Of a DNA stretch of 64,000 nt, positions 37,316 through 47,057 are shown piece by piece. The stretch's first letter is position 1. Every line of letters starts with the position of its first letter. Made by a program: the position numbers and the translations under genes. Under the pieces are notes generated by a model. That model was not told where the DNA came from and searched no databases. It saw nothing but the letters and a program-made list of their open reading frames with translations. This DNA comes from an uncultured Lachnobacterium sp. GTDB lineage: Bacteria > Bacillota > Clostridia > Lachnospirales > Lachnospiraceae. The stretch lies in NCBI GenBank assembly GCA_964449855.1, contig CAYVGA010000001.1:7348-71347 (forward strand), given 5' to 3'.

Positions 37316-39238
37316 CTAGAACCAGTTCTTTGTATCAACCTTTGGAGCTACATACTCTGGATGATCTTCATCGGTTCTGATAATTACAGCTTTGTCTGTC
37401 AGTTTTCCGGATTTCACCTGAAATTTGTTTTCACCATCGGTAAGGGTTACTTTGAACTTGAATACATTTTCGCCCTTCTTGGTTTCTACCAATTTGCCAT
37501 TATGATAAAGTGATACTTCCTTCTGATTAGAGTACACTGTAATTTCCTGTGCTGTCTGCTTACGATATGTAAAGCGTCTGCCTGCAATATATACGAATGG
37601 GTCTTTCTTGTTCCAATATGCTTTGTAAAGGTAGAAACAGTCTTTCTTTAATTTACGGTCAAATGTTACCATACCTTTGTGGTTCATACCCGGTTCACCA
37701 CCTTGGTTACGATCATCTGCTGCAAAGTCGAACATATTCCAAATGTAGGTACCCCACATATATGGATGACGTTTGAAACATTCGAGCATATATTCGTGGT
37801 AAATATTCTGATATTCTTCGGTATTGTCCCCGCGTTTTGGTTTTTCTGCATGTAAGTTTGGCATACCTTCTGCACCGTACTCGGAATAACCTAAGCAGCG
37901 GTTTGGATAAATCAAGTGGTAGAAGCCAATCCATAAGTCATTTAACCAGAGGAATGGTACGTACCAGCCAAGGTAGAGGTTCCATGCTACGATATCCGTA
38001 ATCTTGGTTACGCGGTTAAAAGGTCCGCACATCGCATAACAAGCCATTGTAGTAGGTCTGGTTGGATCCATTTCGTTTACAAATTTCTGTAATACTTTAT
38101 GGTTGTTTAACATATCCTGTTTGTGTGTTACCTTGATGGTAATTTCGTTGGAAATACCCCAGGTTACGATACATGGATGGTTATAGTTCTGTGCAATCAG
38201 TTCTTCCATCTGTGCCAGTGTGTTTGCGTTTCCGCCAGGCATATGGTGTGAGATGTATGGGATTTCTGCCCAGACAATCATACCCACTTTGTCACATAAA
38301 TCATAGAAATACTGGTCATGCTGATAATGTGCAAGACGGATGGTATTTGCACCGATTTCTTTGATAAGTTCCATATCCAAATCCATGTTTTCATGGTTGA
38401 TTGCATTACCAATGGCTTTCCAGTCCTGATGACGGGATACACCATGAAGGTTGTATGCTTTTCCATTCAGGTAGAAACCTGTCTTCGGATCGAATTTGAT
38501 GATACGGATACCGCATGTGCTGGATACTTCGTCTACTGCTTTGCCGTTCTTTACCAATGTTGCTTTTACTGTATACAGATATGGATCTGCAAGACCATTC
38601 CAAAGATGGGCATTGGCTACTTTGAGTACAACATTTTTGCCTTTTCCTGTCGCTACTACTTTGCCTTTGGCATCTGTCATTTCAATCTGCACTTCTGCAT
38701 CTGCTTTTGTAAATGTTTCTACACGTACATCCGCATCTTTGCCTTTTACTTCCGGTGTAATCTTTAATCCTTTGCTGCCGCAATAATCTAAATCAAAATG
38801 GTCTTTGTTTACCACTAACCATTCTACATCACGATAGATACCGCCATAGAATGTAAAGTCTGCCATCTGTGGATATACACGGTCATTCTTGCTGTTATCT
38901 ACTTTAACAACAATTTTGTTCATGTCTTTGATGACATCTGTAACATCTACACGAAAAGTAGAATAACCACCATCATGCTGTTTTACAACTTCTTTGCCGT
39001 TTAATACAACATTCGCAGTCGCATTTACACCATGGAACTGTAAATAAACGACTTCGTTTTCCTTGTCGTATTCCGGAGCAGCCACTTCTGTTTCATAGGT
39101 ACACGTCCCACGTCTGTAATCACCGCCACCATCCTGACCATCAAGGGCATTCCATGTATGTGGAAGGTCAAGCTTCGTCTGACTGCCGTCTAAATCGGTA
39201 AACAGCCAGTTTTTCATAAATGTTGTTGTTTTTCTCAT
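37316..39238 (-). CDS. GH2 glycoside hydrolase, probable beta-glucuronidase
   Basis: LPHTWNALDGQDGG, GGIYRDV, HGVSRHQD, IRLAHY, ISNE (acid/base), SEYGA (nucleophile), NLYLGWY and NHKG. Confidence 0.88.
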   Translation of the reverse strand: MRKTTTFMKNWLFTDLDGSQTKLDLPHTWNALDGQDGGGDYRRGTCTYETEVAAPEYDKENEVVYLQFHGVNATANVVLNGKEVVKQHDGGYSTFRVDVTDVIKDMNKIVVKVDNSKNDRVYPQMADFTFYGGIYRDVEWLVVNKDHFDLDYCGSKGLKITPEVKGKDADVRVETFTKADAEVQIEMTDAKGKVVATGKGKNVVLKVANAHLWNGLADPYLYTVKATLVKNGKAVDEVSSTCGIRIIKFDPKTGFYLNGKAYNLHGVSRHQDWKAIGNAINHENMDLDMELIKEIGANTIRLAHYQHDQYFYDLCDKVGMIVWAEIPYISHHMPGGNANTLAQMEELIAQNYNHPCIVTWGISNEITIKVTHKQDMLNNHKVLQKFVNEMDPTRPTTMACYAMCGPFNRVTKITDIVAWNLYLGWYVPFLWLNDLWIGFYHLIYPNRCLGYSEYGAEGMPNLHAEKPKRGDNTEEYQNIYHEYMLECFKRHPYMWGTYIWNMFDFAADDRNQGGEPGMNHKGMVTFDRKLKKDCFYLYKAYWNKKDPFVYIAGRRFTYRKQTAQEITVYSNQKEVSLYHNGKLVETKKGENVFKFKVTLTDGENKFQVKSGKLTDKAVIIRTDEDHPEYVAPKVDTKNWF

Positions 39239-39266
39239 ATTACCTCTCCCATTTTTATATATACTG

Positions 39267-39360
39267 ATAATGATTCAAGCTGAATCATTATAAATACTAT
39301 TTCAATTCTTCGGATGTTCTTTCAATAATATCAATTATAATATCAATTACAATATCAATT
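39267..39360. promoter_or_regulatory. Palindrome plus three 12-bp-period direct repeats upstream of GH2
   Basis: ATAATGATTCA-AGC-TGAATCATTAT (39267-39291); AATATCAATT at 39327, 39339 and 39351. Confidence 0.5.
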
Positions 39361-39646
39361 GAATGTTTCATCCTCTCTGCAACCCCTAAATTGTTCGTGC
39401 TTAATTCAACTATTATAGCATTTTATTTAACCAAAATCTACATATATTGTTTTAAACCTTTAGAAGAATATTCTATTTGTTACTACTCACTCCGTACATC
39501 CCCCAAACAGATGCTTTTATTCATTATACTATAAATAAACATGATTGAAAGCATACAAAATTACCCAATTTGTCTGTTTTGCGAAAAAGTTCTACAAAAA
39601 CTACCATTAACCTTTTCTTTCATATGTTTTTACTGCATAGATAGAC

Positions 39647-39679
39647 ATATAGGGGCTGTCTATCGAACAGCCCCTATAT
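39647..39679 (-). terminator. Stem-loop after the GH3 gene
   Basis: ATATAGGGGCTGT...ACAGCCCCTATAT; no clear U-tract. Confidence 0.6.
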
Positions 39680-39717
39680 ATACGTCTAGGAAAAGGAAAT
39701 TTTTCGGAGATTTAACA

Positions 39718-42687
39718 TCATTGCTTTTTCTTATTCGATTTCACTGCTCTTATAAGCATTACAACACTTACTACTGTCATAACACCCATTGCTCCGCAAA
39801 GTACATACAATGCAGTCTGCCACCATGGTGTAACTGCAACTACTGTTGTAGAAGCACTAATACCATTCATCGCATGGCTGTTTGCCACTGTGTAAAGAAT
39901 TCTATGTGAAGCCTGACGCATTGCCTGACAAATATCAGGATCATCCGTATACAAGTCGTTCAAACAATTTGTCCACTGTGTAGATGAGCTATCCCAGCTA
40001 TCCGTTCCAGCTAATAATCCGTATGCAACGTCGAAAGATTTCATAACAAGTCCATATGCTTCAAACTGTGCATTACCTGAGAAGTCTGTTAAAGCAAATC
40101 CTCTCATACCCCATTCATCACGAAGCACGTTTGTCATAAGGCCTTCATGTGCACCACTCCAAACTACACCAATACGTGCAAAGGAGTTCATTACATTCAT
40201 AGCACCGCCATCTACAACAGCCTTTTCAAATGGTTCTAAGTAGATTTCACGGATTGCCTGTTCATTTGCCCAAGTAGAGATACAACGACAAGTTGTTTCA
40301 TTATCATTTAATGCAAAATGCTTAATGTATACATATACACCTTTCGACTGGATACCTTTTACTTCTGCTGCTGCTATTGTACCTGAAAGGTATGGATCTT
40401 CTGAATAATATTCAAAGTTACGTCCTGCATACGCATTTCTATGAATGTTCATAGCTGGTCCATAAAGTCCATGTGCACCTAACTCTAACATATCATTTCC
40501 TAAAGATTTACCCATTTCTTCCATTAACTCTACATTATATGTAGCTGCCATAATGTTTTCATCAGAGTATGCAGTATGGCATTCTGCAATACCTGTTAAT
40601 GTCTGTGTAAATCCCTGAGGACCATTATCATCTACAGTTGCTGCTTTCGCAACACTTGGAACTGCCGCTGTATTATGGTAACCCTGTCCAATTAATACAG
40701 CCATTTCCTTAAATGTAAGCTGATCTAACAACGCTTCCCAAGTAGGATCATCATAGTCTTTGCCAATCATCATGGCAAGGGTAAGTCCATTTTCAGCTCC
40801 CATTGTTGGCATTTCTGTTGTAGAGCCTTCGATTCCATCATATGTCTGGTATATTAATAAACCATCTTCAAACATCTGTTCCGTTGCTTCGATTTCAATA
40901 TCTTTTGGCCATGTTCCTGTCCAGTCATTACGTGAAAGGTATGTAATTTCTGTACCATACTGAGATAAATCAGCACTATCAAACTGATTTGTAATTTCAT
41001 TTCCAGTAGCTTTTGAAACAGAGTATGTTTCTGCATCCAATGTTTCTACCTGATAATTATAAACCATTGCAGCATTTCCGTCTGCTGTCATTCCGTTTGC
41101 AGTTGTATAGCCTTTTGCTGCCAATACGTTGTTTACTGCATCATGTGCATTTTTTGCTACTGTGAAGTAATAATCACCCGCATCCAAGATATATGTTTTT
41201 GCATTATTTGCATCATATGCTGCCAATTCATCACGTGCCACATTGATTGTAACCGTTTCGGATGCACCGGCATCTAAAATATCTGTTTTCGCAAAACCGC
41301 AAAGTTCTACTGCTGCTTTTTCAATTCCGTTTTCTTTGTCATAATCGGTATATGGAGACTGGAAGTAAATCTGTACGACTTCTTTACCAGCTACATCACC
41401 TGTATTTGTTACTTTTACAGTAATGTTGAAACTGTCTGTAGCACTGTCATATTCTGTTGCAAAATCCGAATATTCGAATGTGGTATAGCTCAAGCCATAA
41501 CCAAATGGATATGCTACTGTAGAAGCATAATCAAAATCGCCTACATTTGCAGTACCCATTACCACATCTTCGTATCTTGTTTCATAATAACGGTATCCTA
41601 CATAAATACCTTCCTGATATGCAATATAGAAACCATTACCATCTAACATACCATTCTGAACAGAGAACCATTTTGAACTATCTTCCGGATCATAGTTTGT
41701 ATATGCATCCGCATAAATACCAACCATCGCTGGAGCTGTTGTGTTGTCATAGCAGTAGGTATCTACCAGACGTCCACTTGGGTTTACATTACCTGCTAAA
41801 ATATCAGCTACACCATTCAATCCCCATTCGCCAGTGTAACCAATCCATAATGCTGCATCAATGCCATATTCCGGATTCTCAAGGAATTCACACTCCATCG
41901 CATTGGTAGAGTTGATCAACACAATTACTTTTTCGCAATTTTCGTTGGCAAGTTTAAGCATATCCTGTTCTTCCGGTGTTAAATCCAATACATTGGTGCC
42001 GTCTTTATACTCGCCGTATTCTAAGTCCACACATTCACCGGAAATACGAGAAAGCATTACAACAGCCACATCACCATATTCCGTTAAGCTGGATTTCACA
42101 TCGTCTGTGTATGCAGATAATGGAACTTCATTAATGTGCCACTCCGAACGTTCTGTCATAATTGTTCCTTTGCCTGGTGCACGATTATATGCATTTCCTT
42201 CTGCATCTGTAACATTCAGGTAAAAATCCCAAAGTGTTGGATTTACAGAAAATCCTACTTCTTCCAATGCCTCTTTTAATGTAGGTGCTGTAGAAGTGTC
42301 AATGTCCGCAGAACCGGTACCACAGGTAACTACATCTACACTCGAATGGCTGAATGTACTTACTTTTTCATTGCCATCTAATGGAAGTGCTCCATTATTC
42401 ATCAAAAGTACAGAACCTTCTGCGTGCAACTGTTCACCAATTTCCTGTCCATGTGCCTCTAATTCTTCCACTGAATCAAAGTCCATTTCAAAGTAGGTGG
42501 TGTCTTCACTACCATCGCCATTCTCAACAAGCTTATACGTTTCCGTTTTCAAGAAAATGTTGATTGCCTGGCTGGCAGACAGTGCAATGTTTGTACCTAC
42601 AATACTTACAACCAAAAGTATCGCAAACACTGCGGTAAGGATGGTCCAGAGTACTTTGCCTGAACCTTTTTTCTTTTTGTTACTCAT
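39718..42687 (-). CDS. GH3 beta-glucosidase with inverted domain order and N- and C-terminal TM anchors
   Basis: NPSGRLVDT, EGIYVGYRYY and YPFGYGLSYT precede GRNFEYYSEDP, IKHFALND and ALTD; ATG 42687 with GGGAGG RBS. Confidence 0.92.
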   Translation of the reverse strand: MSNKKKKGSGKVLWTILTAVFAILLVVSIVGTNIALSASQAINIFLKTETYKLVENGDGSEDTTYFEMDFDSVEELEAHGQEIGEQLHAEGSVLLMNNGALPLDGNEKVSTFSHSSVDVVTCGTGSADIDTSTAPTLKEALEEVGFSVNPTLWDFYLNVTDAEGNAYNRAPGKGTIMTERSEWHINEVPLSAYTDDVKSSLTEYGDVAVVMLSRISGECVDLEYGEYKDGTNVLDLTPEEQDMLKLANENCEKVIVLINSTNAMECEFLENPEYGIDAALWIGYTGEWGLNGVADILAGNVNPSGRLVDTYCYDNTTAPAMVGIYADAYTNYDPEDSSKWFSVQNGMLDGNGFYIAYQEGIYVGYRYYETRYEDVVMGTANVGDFDYASTVAYPFGYGLSYTTFEYSDFATEYDSATDSFNITVKVTNTGDVAGKEVVQIYFQSPYTDYDKENGIEKAAVELCGFAKTDILDAGASETVTINVARDELAAYDANNAKTYILDAGDYYFTVAKNAHDAVNNVLAAKGYTTANGMTADGNAAMVYNYQVETLDAETYSVSKATGNEITNQFDSADLSQYGTEITYLSRNDWTGTWPKDIEIEATEQMFEDGLLIYQTYDGIEGSTTEMPTMGAENGLTLAMMIGKDYDDPTWEALLDQLTFKEMAVLIGQGYHNTAAVPSVAKAATVDDNGPQGFTQTLTGIAECHTAYSDENIMAATYNVELMEEMGKSLGNDMLELGAHGLYGPAMNIHRNAYAGRNFEYYSEDPYLSGTIAAAEVKGIQSKGVYVYIKHFALNDNETTCRCISTWANEQAIREIYLEPFEKAVVDGGAMNVMNSFARIGVVWSGAHEGLMTNVLRDEWGMRGFALTDFSGNAQFEAYGLVMKSFDVAYGLLAGTDSWDSSSTQWTNCLNDLYTDDPDICQAMRQASHRILYTVANSHAMNGISASTTVVAVTPWWQTALYVLCGAMGVMTVVSVVMLIRAVKSNKKKQ

Positions 42688-42946
42688 AATTTCCTCCCAA
42701 TAATATATATTTTCATCCAAAGAATGAACAAAGAAAAAGGGATTGCCTTACAAATGAATCATTCTTTTGTAAGGCAATAAGAAAGATTTTATGCGAACTA
42801 ATACTTATTTTTTTGATACAATTTAATTTGATATTTCAATATTTTTCATATATAATTTATTATATCAACATTATTTAAGACAAAAATGACAGCAATAAAT
42901 CTTTTTTGTGCACAAACTGTATCATATACATAAGAAGGAGACATTT

Positions 42947-44032
42947 ATGGGAAACCAACTGGATTTTAAAATATTTGAGAGAGAAACAGAACTTATAGAT
43001 GCCAATGCCCAACACACCTTACTTGAATTACCGCCTCTGCGAAAACTTTCTAATGTTTATCAGCTGCAGCTTTTTTCTTACCACGAAGAAGAACTGGAGA
43101 CATACTCCACACTAACCAGCATTGCTCCTGATCACACGACGTATTCCATTGGCCCACAAAGCAAAATAACAAATCCCTTTCCAAATAAATATTTTCACCA
43201 GCATGAATTTTATGAAATCCTATTTGTTTTAAATGGAGAATTCATTCAGAAAATTGAAAATGAGAATAAATTGTATCAAAAAGGAGATATCTGCATTCTG
43301 AACAAAAGCATTCGCCATTCCATCCATATAAATACAAACCATGATTTTCAGATTGCCTTATTGCAGATTTCAGATACCTACATGAAATCCATTTGTTCTG
43401 ATCTTTTTCAAAAAATATTTACTATCGAACGCGAAGAACCGATTTCCATCATAGAACATTTTTTTACTACTTACATAAAAAACAATGCCCCTGAGAAAGC
43501 ATGCTTGAGCTTAACGCCTTTGGGAGATTATTTAAATATAACGGATTCTGTCTTTGCTACCCTAGATGAAATTGCAAAAGAAACGCTTCTGCCTCAGTTG
43601 GGTTCCAGTTATTTTATAAAAGACAAGATTATTCGTTTATTTTTACTTCTGTCCACCAAAAACGGATATCACACATTACCGATTCAGGTAAATAACACAA
43701 GCGAAAATGCTATTTTTAATCAAATTACAAAAATCATGGAAAACAGTAATGGACGTACCACTAGAAAAGAATTAGAAAATACTTTGCATTATTCCGGCAT
43801 TTATTTAAATGAGATTACAAAAAAATATACGGGTCTTACCATTTTTAACTACGGAATGACCTTCTGCATGAAACAGGCTGCCCGCCTTTTGATAAAAACA
43901 AATCTCAGCATCTCTGCAATCTCAGAAGAATTAGGTTTTAGCAATCGTACACATTTTTATCAGATATTTAAAAACACCTACGATATGACTCCATCAGAAT
44001 TTCGAGACAAATACAAACGATTATTATATTAA
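42947..44032 (+). CDS. AraC family transcriptional regulator
   Basis: Cupin FHQHEFYE; C-terminal ISEELGFSNRTHFYQIFK..Y.MTPSEFR; RBS AAGGAG. Confidence 0.9.
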   Translation: MGNQLDFKIFERETELIDANAQHTLLELPPLRKLSNVYQLQLFSYHEEELETYSTLTSIAPDHTTYSIGPQSKITNPFPNKYFHQHEFYEILFVLNGEFIQKIENENKLYQKGDICILNKSIRHSIHINTNHDFQIALLQISDTYMKSICSDLFQKIFTIEREEPISIIEHFFTTYIKNNAPEKACLSLTPLGDYLNITDSVFATLDEIAKETLLPQLGSSYFIKDKIIRLFLLLSTKNGYHTLPIQVNNTSENAIFNQITKIMENSNGRTTRKELENTLHYSGIYLNEITKKYTGLTIFNYGMTFCMKQAARLLIKTNLSISAISEELGFSNRTHFYQIFKNTYDMTPSEFRDKYKRLLY

Positions 44033-44091
44033 CACGTATAATGTTTTTGTAGCAAAGAGTTCGCTTGCAAACTCTTCACGCACAAAGAATA

Positions 44092-44122
44092 TTGCAGGCA
44101 GAAAAAGAATCCCTGCCTGCAA
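44092..44122. terminator. Stem-loop between convergent araC and asnA
   Basis: TTGCAGGCAG...CTGCCTGCAA. Confidence 0.6.
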
Positions 44123-44130
44123 CATAACTC

Positions 44131-45141
44131 TTATAATAATTTAATTCCATTCACTTCACATTCTTCTACCACATCTTCCGGCCAAAGCGAACTCTGCACC
44201 TCGCCAATATGGGCTTTTCTTAAAAAGAACATACACATACGGGACTGTCCAATACCACCACCAATGGTATATGGAAGTTCGTCTTTTAAAATTGCCTTAT
44301 GGAATGGAAGTTTTGCTCTATCTAAACAGTCTGCTTTTTCAAGCTGTTCCATAAGTGCTTTTCTATCTACACGAATACCCATAGATGAAAGTTCTAAGGA
44401 AATATCCAGCACCGGATAATATACGATAATATCTGCATTCAGTGCCCAGTCATCATAGTCCGGTGCACGGCCATCATGAGGTTCTCCATTTGTCAATTTG
44501 TCACCAATCTGCATCAGACATACTGCACCCTTTTCTTTTGCAATCAGGTATTCTCTTTCCTTGCCGGTCTTGTCCGGATACATCTCCAAAAGTTCCTGTG
44601 ATGTAATAAAGAAAATCTCCTTTGGAAGAATCAAATCTATGTAGTCATACTGAATTGCCATGAACTGCTCTGTTTTTCTCAGACATTTATAAATGGTTCT
44701 TACAGTATCTTTCAGATAATCCAAATGTCTGTCTTCTTTGGAAATGACCTTTTCCCAATCCCACTGATCTACAAAAATAGAATGGATATTGTCGGTGTCT
44801 TCATCGCGGCGAATCGCATTCATATCGGTATAAATCCCTTCGCCCATCGTGAATCCGTATTTCTTTAACGCATAGCGTTTCCATTTCGCAAGGGAATGTA
44901 CAACTTCTGCCGGTTTATCGTTCTGTTCTTTGATACCAAAAGATACCGGTCTTTCGTAACCATTTAAGTTATCATTCAAACCTGCTGTCGGATCTACAAA
45001 TAAAGGTGCTGACACACGTGCAAGACGAAGTCTCTGTGCCAAAAGCCCCTGGAAGAAGTCTTTGATTGTTTTTATTGCAATCTGCGTATCGTGCAAATCA
45101 AGCTCTGATTCATAATTCTTAGGAATTAATAAACGTTCCAT
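44131..45141 (-). CDS. asnA: Aspartate--ammonia ligase
   Basis: EVVHSLAKWKR, VDQWDWEKVI, HDGRAPDYDDW and TIGGGIGQSR motifs. Confidence 0.97.
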   Translation of the reverse strand: MERLLIPKNYESELDLHDTQIAIKTIKDFFQGLLAQRLRLARVSAPLFVDPTAGLNDNLNGYERPVSFGIKEQNDKPAEVVHSLAKWKRYALKKYGFTMGEGIYTDMNAIRRDEDTDNIHSIFVDQWDWEKVISKEDRHLDYLKDTVRTIYKCLRKTEQFMAIQYDYIDLILPKEIFFITSQELLEMYPDKTGKEREYLIAKEKGAVCLMQIGDKLTNGEPHDGRAPDYDDWALNADIIVYYPVLDISLELSSMGIRVDRKALMEQLEKADCLDRAKLPFHKAILKDELPYTIGGGIGQSRMCMFFLRKAHIGEVQSSLWPEDVVEECEVNGIKLL

Positions 45142-45171
45142 ACCTATTACCTCATTAAATTAAAAAGATGT

Positions 45172-45198
45172 GCAATTATTCAGTACCTGAATAGTTAC
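45172..45198. repeat. REP-like short palindrome
   Basis: GCAATTATTCAG-TAC-CTGAATAGTTAC. Confidence 0.7.
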
Positions 45199-45262
45199 AA
45201 AGATGTTTCTATTATACACAAGCGACATACAATTTCAATACTTTTTTGAAAACATATTCATT

Positions 45263-46858
45263 CTACACAACTGCTTCTATCAATGTTTTATCGCCAATAA
45301 GAATCTCATGGACACCAATCTGCTTATTTTTATTAAAGTTAAAACTCACCATATAGCCTTTATTTTGATGATAAGCATCTAAATAATCTATAAGCTGCTG
45401 TTCTCCACGGACATTGTATTCATTTCCATGCCATATTTTCATTTCGATAATATACTGCACGCCATGATAGTCCACTATAATATCTGTTCTGCGCAATTCT
45501 CTTGTCCGGGATTCGATATAATAATTTCCTACACCATTGATAATCGGACGCAGATACAACAGGAAGTACTTCCTGCCTTCTTCTTCAAGAAATGTTTCTC
45601 CGCTGTCTCCATATAAATCATGAAAATGCAATACAAATTTCTCTAAAATCAGCCTCATATTCAAGTAACCATTTTCAATAAACTGATTTTTGTCACGCAA
45701 AGATGCCGTGTACATCTCTTCCTTATGCATTTCTGCTGTAGACAAATAATAATTGTAGAGCCAGATTTCAAAAATACGGTTTGCTACAACCATCGTATTG
45801 TTTTGATTTTTTACGAAGCCAAACATGGTTGCAATATTTATGGAAGGTTCATAATAATTATATGCAATTGCTTTTCCCATGAACAGCAGAGAACGCAGCA
45901 TCGTATTCAGTTCCGGATAACTCAGCAATTTTTCGCTCAATGACTCAAACAAGGTACTTCTTTCGTCCACCAGCATTTTGACAGCTTCATGAAATCCTTT
46001 TTTCGTCCATACTGCACCTTTTGTATCAAATCCAGCTTTTTGACTAATATCTTCATCCATATATTTGCATAATCTCGACACCAGATACGGATATCCTGAT
46101 GTATAGTCATAAATCAATTCTGCAATTTCCATGATATCCATACCGGTATGATGGTCATCTTCATATTCGCAAAGCATTTCTGCAATTTCCTGTGCTGAAA
46201 AACTCATATCCACCTTGAAATCTGCTGCAATATTCCACGGACTATTTATCTTGTGTACTTCTTCCGGACGAATTTTTCTTCTTAAATTTTTTACATCATG
46301 AACACCCGCTAAAATAACGGAGTGAAATGTGGGATATACGTCTCTATCAATATAATAAGCTCGAAGCTGTGCGAGAAAATCAAGGAAAACCTGATTATTT
46401 GTAGCACTATCAACTTCGTCAATAATTAATACAATTGGTTTATCGGAAGCATCCAATATATCTTCTAATTTTTCAAATAAAATACGTAGTGTAATTTCTT
46501 GTGTGCTATTTGCATTTTGATTTACAATCATTTTTTTTAATTCATCTGATATGCCGAAATTCAGTCTTTTCAAAACTCTAAGAAACGAACTAAAAAACGT
46601 CCTTGAAAAAATACTTTCTGTTCTAAAATCATCATATCCAAATGTCTGAAAATCCATCGAAACTACATAATACTCTTCCTGTAAATATCGAGCTAATGCT
46701 CGAATCGTTGTCGTCTTCCCAAACTGTCTGGCACGATTTATGGTAAAATATGCACCATCATCTACCATTTTCTTGATTTCTGCCAATCTCGTATCAAGTT
46801 TTATCATATAGTGTTTTTCGGGTATGCAATTTGCTGTTACATTAAAAACTTTCGCCAT
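45263..46858 (-). CDS. AAA-like ATPase fused to a C-terminal PD-(D/E)XK nuclease-like domain
   Basis: RARQFGKTT Walker A, LIIDEVD Walker B; C-terminal RTDIIVD...IIEMK. Confidence 0.82.
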   Translation of the reverse strand: MAKVFNVTANCIPEKHYMIKLDTRLAEIKKMVDDGAYFTINRARQFGKTTTIRALARYLQEEYYVVSMDFQTFGYDDFRTESIFSRTFFSSFLRVLKRLNFGISDELKKMIVNQNANSTQEITLRILFEKLEDILDASDKPIVLIIDEVDSATNNQVFLDFLAQLRAYYIDRDVYPTFHSVILAGVHDVKNLRRKIRPEEVHKINSPWNIAADFKVDMSFSAQEIAEMLCEYEDDHHTGMDIMEIAELIYDYTSGYPYLVSRLCKYMDEDISQKAGFDTKGAVWTKKGFHEAVKMLVDERSTLFESLSEKLLSYPELNTMLRSLLFMGKAIAYNYYEPSINIATMFGFVKNQNNTMVVANRIFEIWLYNYYLSTAEMHKEEMYTASLRDKNQFIENGYLNMRLILEKFVLHFHDLYGDSGETFLEEEGRKYFLLYLRPIINGVGNYYIESRTRELRRTDIIVDYHGVQYIIEMKIWHGNEYNVRGEQQLIDYLDAYHQNKGYMVSFNFNKNKQIGVHEILIGDKTLIEAVV

Positions 46859-46980
46859 ATTTTAAAATCTCCTTTATACAACTATAGCAAGTGGCACCCA
46901 AAAATACAAGTCATGCTCATTTCATTATTTTTAATATTTTGATATTGTCAATATTACAACGTGCACGACTAGGCGTACAC

Positions 46981-47025
46981 AAAAACACGCATCTTACACT
47001 CTTCGTGTAAAATACGTGTTTCTTT
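46981..47025. terminator. Intrinsic terminator after glgP
   Basis: AAACACGCATCTTACAC...GTGTAAAATACGTGTTT. Confidence 0.65.
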
Positions 47026-47057
47026 TACATAACTACTACTCCCTGTTACAAGTCAGA

